DNA of 64,000 nucleotides from Podarcis pityusensis (Eukaryota): NCBI GenBank assembly GCA_964106645.2, contig OZ067043.1; one strand, 5' to 3'. Shown piece by piece: positions 59,128 to 64,000 of this stretch (position 1 is its first letter; each line of letters starts with the position of its first letter). The notes under the pieces were generated by a model. It saw only the letters and a program-made list of their open reading frames with translations, ran no database searches and was not told where the DNA came from. The position numbers and the translations under genes were made by a program.

Positions 59128-62100
59128 ATGGCCTGGGATTCCGATTCAGAGGCTGAACCGGAGGAATCCCAGCCTGCACAGGAGGAATCCCAGCCTGCAC
59201 AGGAGAACCAGGCCTTGACTCACACCGTGCAGCAGCTCAGCAATGCGGTGACGGCACTTCAGCAGCGGTTGGACGCCCTACCGGCTCCTGGGGCCGACGC
59301 CCCGGCTCCAGGCAAGTACCCAGTGGCCTTGCCAGAGAAATTTGATGGGGCCCCGGCCAGCTTTCCCATGTTCCTCGCCCAGGCCAAGTTGTACATTCAG
59401 GGGCAAGCCCGGAACTTCCCTGACGACCGCACCAAGGTGCACTTTTTGATCAGTTTGTTAAAGGACCAGGCGGCCAAGTGGGCATTGCCGCTGCTCAGGC
59501 AAGACTCCCCCTTGCTGACAGACTATATGGGGTTTTGCAACCATTTGGAGGCCGTATTCGGCAACCCCCAGAAGGAGAGTCAAGCCAACCGGGCAATTAG
59601 GCGTTTGAAACAGGGCAAGTCCACTGCAGCCGCCTACACCATGGAGTTTCGGCTGTTGGCGCAAGACTTGTCTTGGAATGACTCTGCACTTCGGGACCAG
59701 TATCTTGAGGGACTGTCGGATGAGATACTGGACTAGTTGGCCATGATCGATCGTCCCACCACGCTGGACGCCCTTATTCAGCGGAGCCTGCAGATAGACG
59801 ATCGGTTGGAGGATCGTCGCCAGACCCGGGACCGCCAGCACCCCCGGCTCCTGGCTCCAGTCCTTCCCAGCCGGTCCACGCCCACAGCCGAGTTGTCGGA
59901 CGAGCCAACGCAGCTCGGGGCTGCGCGACCTCGCCTCTCATCCTCGGAGAAGACGCGGCATCGGGAGGGGAACCTGTGTCTTTACTGCGGTGGGAGTGGA
60001 CATTACGCCCGATCCTGTCCCAAGAAGATGCCAGTCACAGGGAAACCGCCAACCTCGGTAGCCGAAGGCCCTAGCAACCTGGGGTCCCAAACCATGCAAG
60101 AGGGGCCCTCACCAGTGGATTTGCGACATCTCATGGTTCCGGTGTGTCTCTACCCTCCAGGTGGGCCCTGGATTCTTACCCACGCTCTGGTGGATTCAGG
60201 GGCAACCCGCTCCTATATGGACGCTGCCTTTGCCCCTCATCATCAGGTGCCACTTCAGAACAAGCCAGAACCGGTACAGGTGGAGGCAATCGACGGACGG
60301 CTCCTGCTTTCGGGTGCCGTCACTCGGGAGACCCAGCCCTTGGTCCTGTGTCTCCAGCAGCACCGGGAGGTGCGAACTTTGGACATTGCCTCCATGCCCC
60401 GGTTCCCCCTGGTGCTCGGGATGGACTGGCTGGAGGCTCACAATGTTCAGATTGACTGGGTCAATCGGACTGTGCACTTCCCAGACCCATGTCCCCATGC
60501 TCAGTCCGAGATGCTAGCAGCCGCACCCACTGAGGAGGCTGCATCCACGCTCCCCGCCGAGTACCAGGACTACCAAGACGTGTTCGAGGAACGGGGGGCA
60601 GACCAGCTGCCGCCGCATCGGTCTTTTGACTGCGGCATAGACCTCCAGCCCGGAGCGCCCCTGCCGGTGAGTCGCTTATACTCTCTAACAGAGCCAGAGC
60701 GTGAAGCTTTGCAGGACTTCCTGCACAAGAACCTGGAGCGTGGTTTCATTAGGCCTTCTACCTCGCCCACCGCTGCGCCAGTGCTCTTCGTTAAGAAGAA
60801 ATGTGGGGAGCTTCGTCTTTGCCATGATTAACGGGCCCTAAACAAAATTACCATCCCAGACCGGTACCCCTTGCCCCTTATTTCGGAGTTGCTGGAGCGG
60901 GTGCAAGGGGCGCAGGTGTTCACCAAGCTAGACCTCCGGGGGGCCTACAATTTAATTCGGATCCGAGCCGGGGATGAGTGGAAGACAGCATTCAGGACCC
61001 GGTACGGGCAGTTCGAATACTTGGTTATGCCCTTCGGATTGTGCAACGCGCCCGCTGTGTTCCAACGGTACATCAACCACGTGTTCCGGGACTTGCTAGA
61101 CAAGTACGTGGTGGTGTACTTGGATGACATTCTGGTTTTCTCCCATGACCCGGCTCTCCACAAGGGTCATGTCCGGACCGTGCTGCAGCGCTTGCGGGAG
61201 CACCACCTGTATGCGAAGCTCAGCAAGTGCGAGTTCCATCAGCGGTCAGTGGACTTCCTTGGTCACCGACTCTCTCCAGATGGGGTCAGATGGATCCTGG
61301 GAAGGTGGCAGCGGTTCGGGAATGGACGGCACCTCGGAACCGCAAGGACCTACAGCGATTCCTGGGGTTCGCCAACTATTACCGGACCTTCATTGCAGAT
61401 TATGCTCATCGCACCACCCCGTTGACCCGGCTACTGCGCCCCAAGACGCCGCTTTCCTGGGACAAGGAGGCAGAGGAGGCGTTTCAGGGGTTGAAAGCCT
61501 GTTTCCAGAGAGCGCCGATCTTGCAACATCCTGATCCCTCTCGACCCTTTGTGGTAGAAACCGATGCCTCCAGTACGGCTCTCGGTGCCGTCTTGTCTCA
61601 GCAGTATGGACCCGATGCGCCACTCTTACCCTGCGCCTTCTATTTCCGCCAGCTCCTTCCAGCGGAGCGTAACTATACCGTGTGGGAGCGGGAACTACTG
61701 GCCATCAAGGTGGCCTTTGAAGTCTGGCGCCACCATCTTGAGGGGGCATGACACCCGGTGGAGGTGAGAACCGACCACCGGAACCTGGAGTACCTCCAGA
61801 CCACCCGCAAGCTGAACCAAAGGCAGATCCGGTGGGCATTGTTCTTTTCCCGGTTCCAGTTCCGGATCCGCTACATCCCTAGCTCCCAAAACCAGAAGGC
61901 GGATGCCCTGTCCCGGAAGCCTGAAGACAACGCAGACACGGTATAGCAAGCAGTACCCACCACGATCCTACCACCGGCTGCATTCCTGGCCACCCAGGAG
62001 GCTGAGCCACTGCAGGCTCGGGTGCGGGAACAGCAGCGGGTCGACGCTTGGGCCCAGGAACGACTCCGGGAACTGGCCGAAGGGTCCAGCCCTCAGTATC

Positions 62101-63491
62101 CGGGGCTGGTCTTGCAACAGGGCCTTCTGCTGCACCACGGTCGCCTGTATATCCCACCAGGGCCACTGCGGGCTGAGGTTCTGTGGATGACCCATGATGC
62201 CCCAGCAGCGGGACACTTTGGGCAGTATCGGACCACCCATCTGGTAAGCCGTGAGTTTTGGTGGCCCCGCCTGAAGGCTGACGTGGCTCGCTACGTTGCT
62301 GGTTGTGATGTCTGCCGGCGGGCCAAGGGCCCTACCGGGCGACCCCCCCCGGCCTACTTCAGCCGTTGCCAGTCCCACCACATCCTTGGCACATGGTTTC
62401 GCTGGACTTTGTAGTGGACTTACCCCCGTCTCGTGGCTGTACCTGTCTTCTAGTTTTCTCTGACCATTTCACTAAGATGGTGCACTGTGCCCCCTGCCCA
62501 TCCGTACCCACAGCTAAGGAAACCGCTCAGCTGTACCTTTAGCATGTCTTCCGCCTGCATGGCCTACCTGAGCGTGTGGTGTCCGACCGGGGCGTTCAGT
62601 TCACATCCCGGTTCTGGCGAGCATTGCACCAGACCCTCGGGACAGAGGCCTGTCTCTCATCAGCCTACCACCCACAGACCGATGGCCAGACGGAACGGGC
62701 GAACGAACGCGGTGCTGGAGCAGTACCTTTGGTGTTACTGCAGCTACCAGCAGGATGACTGGGTCGACCACCTAGCATTGGTGGAGTTCGCCTACAACAA
62801 CACAGTGAATGCGTCCACCCAGCAGACCCCGTTCCAGGCCAGTTACGGTTATCATCCACGGCTGTTTCCAGATGTGCTGCCAGCATCCGCGGTCCCTGCG
62901 GTGACGGAGTGGCTTCAGGAGCTCCAGTCCCAGCAACAGCTGTTGATGGAGCAACTGCGCCAGGCCAAGGGGGCGTACAAGGCCCAGGCCGACCGCCACC
63001 GCTAGGTGGGGCCGGAACTCCACGTCGGTGACCTGATATGGCTCTCTACTCGTCACCTCCACCCCTCTCGACCTTTGCGGAAGCTGGACGCCCGTTTCAC
63101 CGGCCCGTTTCCTATCGTGGACCAGGTCTCGCCTGTGGCATTCCGTCTCCAGTTGCCTGCAACCCTGAAGGTTCACCCGGTATTCCACAGGTCCCTTCTG
63201 AGTCCGGTGGCCCCACCCGACGAGTTCCACCCGAACCGTCCCCGACCGCAGCCAGTTTTGGTTCAGGGGGAGCCTGAGTACGAGGTGGAACGCATTCTGG
63301 ACTCCTGATACCGCAAGGGAAAGCTGCAGTATCTCATAGACTGGAAGGGGTATGGACCGGAGGACTGTTCCTGGGAACCAGCAGCCAACGTCCACGCGCC
63401 TGCCTGCCTCTGAGATTTCCATGCGGCGTACCCCAGCAAGCCGGGTCCAGACCCTCGATTGAGGGGGGGGCTGGGAGGGGGGATGGTGTGA
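59128..63491 (+). pseudogene. Disrupted gag-pol of the Gypsy element
   Basis: Premature stops at 59734, 60829, 61749, 61944, 63003, 63306 and 63411; frameshifts near 61290, 62350 and 62700. Confidence 0.9.
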
Positions 63492-64000
63492 TGGCCTGGG
63501 ATTCCGATTCAGAGGCTGAACCAGAGGAATCCCAGCCTGCACAGGAGTCCCCGCCTCCAGGGCCGGCTGCACTGGGGCAGGGCCTTGATTCTGAAGCGCC
63601 TGCACCTGTGCCGGATCCTCAGGAGCAGGCACCAGGTGAATCCACTCTGGCTCCGGAGGTGGTTGAGGATTCAGTGCCTACAGGTGAGTCTCCCCCTGGG
63701 TCCAGTAACCCTTCAGCCTCTCCTGAACTGCAGAGGCTCAGGGCAGAGAGGCGAAGGGAACTGGTTTCTCCCAGGAGGAGTGCTCGCCTTAAGGCCAGGA
63801 GAGGCGGGTCTCCTGGGGGCCGGGACCGCCCCTGGCCTCAGAGAAGATAAAGGCCAGTCACCCCGGTCCCAGGTTGCAGGAGCAACGTCGTCATTGAGTA
63901 CCTGCTCCTACCCGGACCCAGACCTGACCTTCCAGTGTTCCTGTTCCCCGCCCGGCTTCCTGCTTCTGACCTTCCAGTGTTCCTGTCCCCGCCCGGCTTC
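63487..64000 (+). repeat. 3' LTR (incomplete), with a ~41-bp tandem repeat at 63924-64000
   Basis: Starts with TG right after the PPT; first 61 nt match 59124-59184 except one base. Confidence 0.9.
63491..63850 (+). CDS. Putative LTR(U3)-encoded 119-aa protein with acidic N-terminus and basic RRSARL C-terminus
   Basis: Uninterrupted ORF MAWDSDSEAEPEE...ELQRLRAERRRELVSPRRSARLKARRGG...RR*; ATG overlaps the pol-frame TGA. Confidence 0.45.
   Translation: MAWDSDSEAEPEESQPAQESPPPGPAALGQGLDSEAPAPVPDPQEQAPGESTLAPEVVEDSVPTGESPPGSSNPSASPELQRLRAERRRELVSPRRSARLKARRGGSPGGRDRPWPQRR

Larger units (their letters stand above)
59124..64000 (+). mobile_element. Gypsy/Ty3 chromovirus (Sushi/PEG10-like) LTR retrotransposon, decayed; truncated 5' LTR, 3' LTR runs off the window
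   Basis: Gag (PEKFDG, CLYCGGSGHYARSC), protease LVDSGA, RT YLDD, RNase H ETDAS, integrase SDRGVQF/GPF, chromodomain [20 protein letters not shown] 63461-63486, LTR TGTGATGG at 59124 and 63487; about 11 stops or frameshifts. Confidence 0.95.

Noticed and set aside
58652-59200. 182-aa minus ORF as a host gene
   Set aside because: Chimera of antisense LTR sequence and L2 ORF2 C-terminus created by the nested insertion.
62772-63632. 286-aa minus-strand ORF in the Gypsy element
   Set aside because: Antisense shadow of GC-rich integrase/chromodomain codons; no motif support.
63924-64000. CRISPR-like or structural RNA repeat
   Set aside because: Two adjacent ~41-bp tandem units without spacers inside an LTR of a vertebrate genome.

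Overview
Vertebrate genomic DNA, most likely a squamate and probably a lacertid lizard (inferred from Sauria SINE, BovB, Penelope and MITE content). It holds three host genes. (1) A complete TUT4/ZCCHC11 terminal uridylyltransferase on the minus strand: non-coding exon 1 in a CpG island at ~35.5 kb and 29 phase-consistent coding exons from 27072 down to 479, giving ~1622 aa, with one GC-AG intron. (2) A complete GPX7 on the plus strand, head-to-head with TUT4: 3 exons, Cys-type peroxidase ending in KDEL. (3) The last four coding exons of an SLC26A8 (testis anion transporter 1)-like gene on the minus strand, an unexpected neighbour of GPX7. Repeats include a BovB fragment, a 2.15-kb non-autonomous L1-type element with an 18-bp TSD, two Penelope tails (one with a minimal hammerhead ribozyme), SINEs, L2/CR1/RTE fragments, many MITEs, and a decayed chromoviral Gypsy element nested in an L2. 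The most novel-looking signal is in the Gypsy 3' LTR: an uninterrupted 119-aa ORF whose ATG overlaps the pol stop (TGATG) and which carries an HMGN-like RRSARL motif. All homology calls come from recognising motifs by eye; no searches were run.
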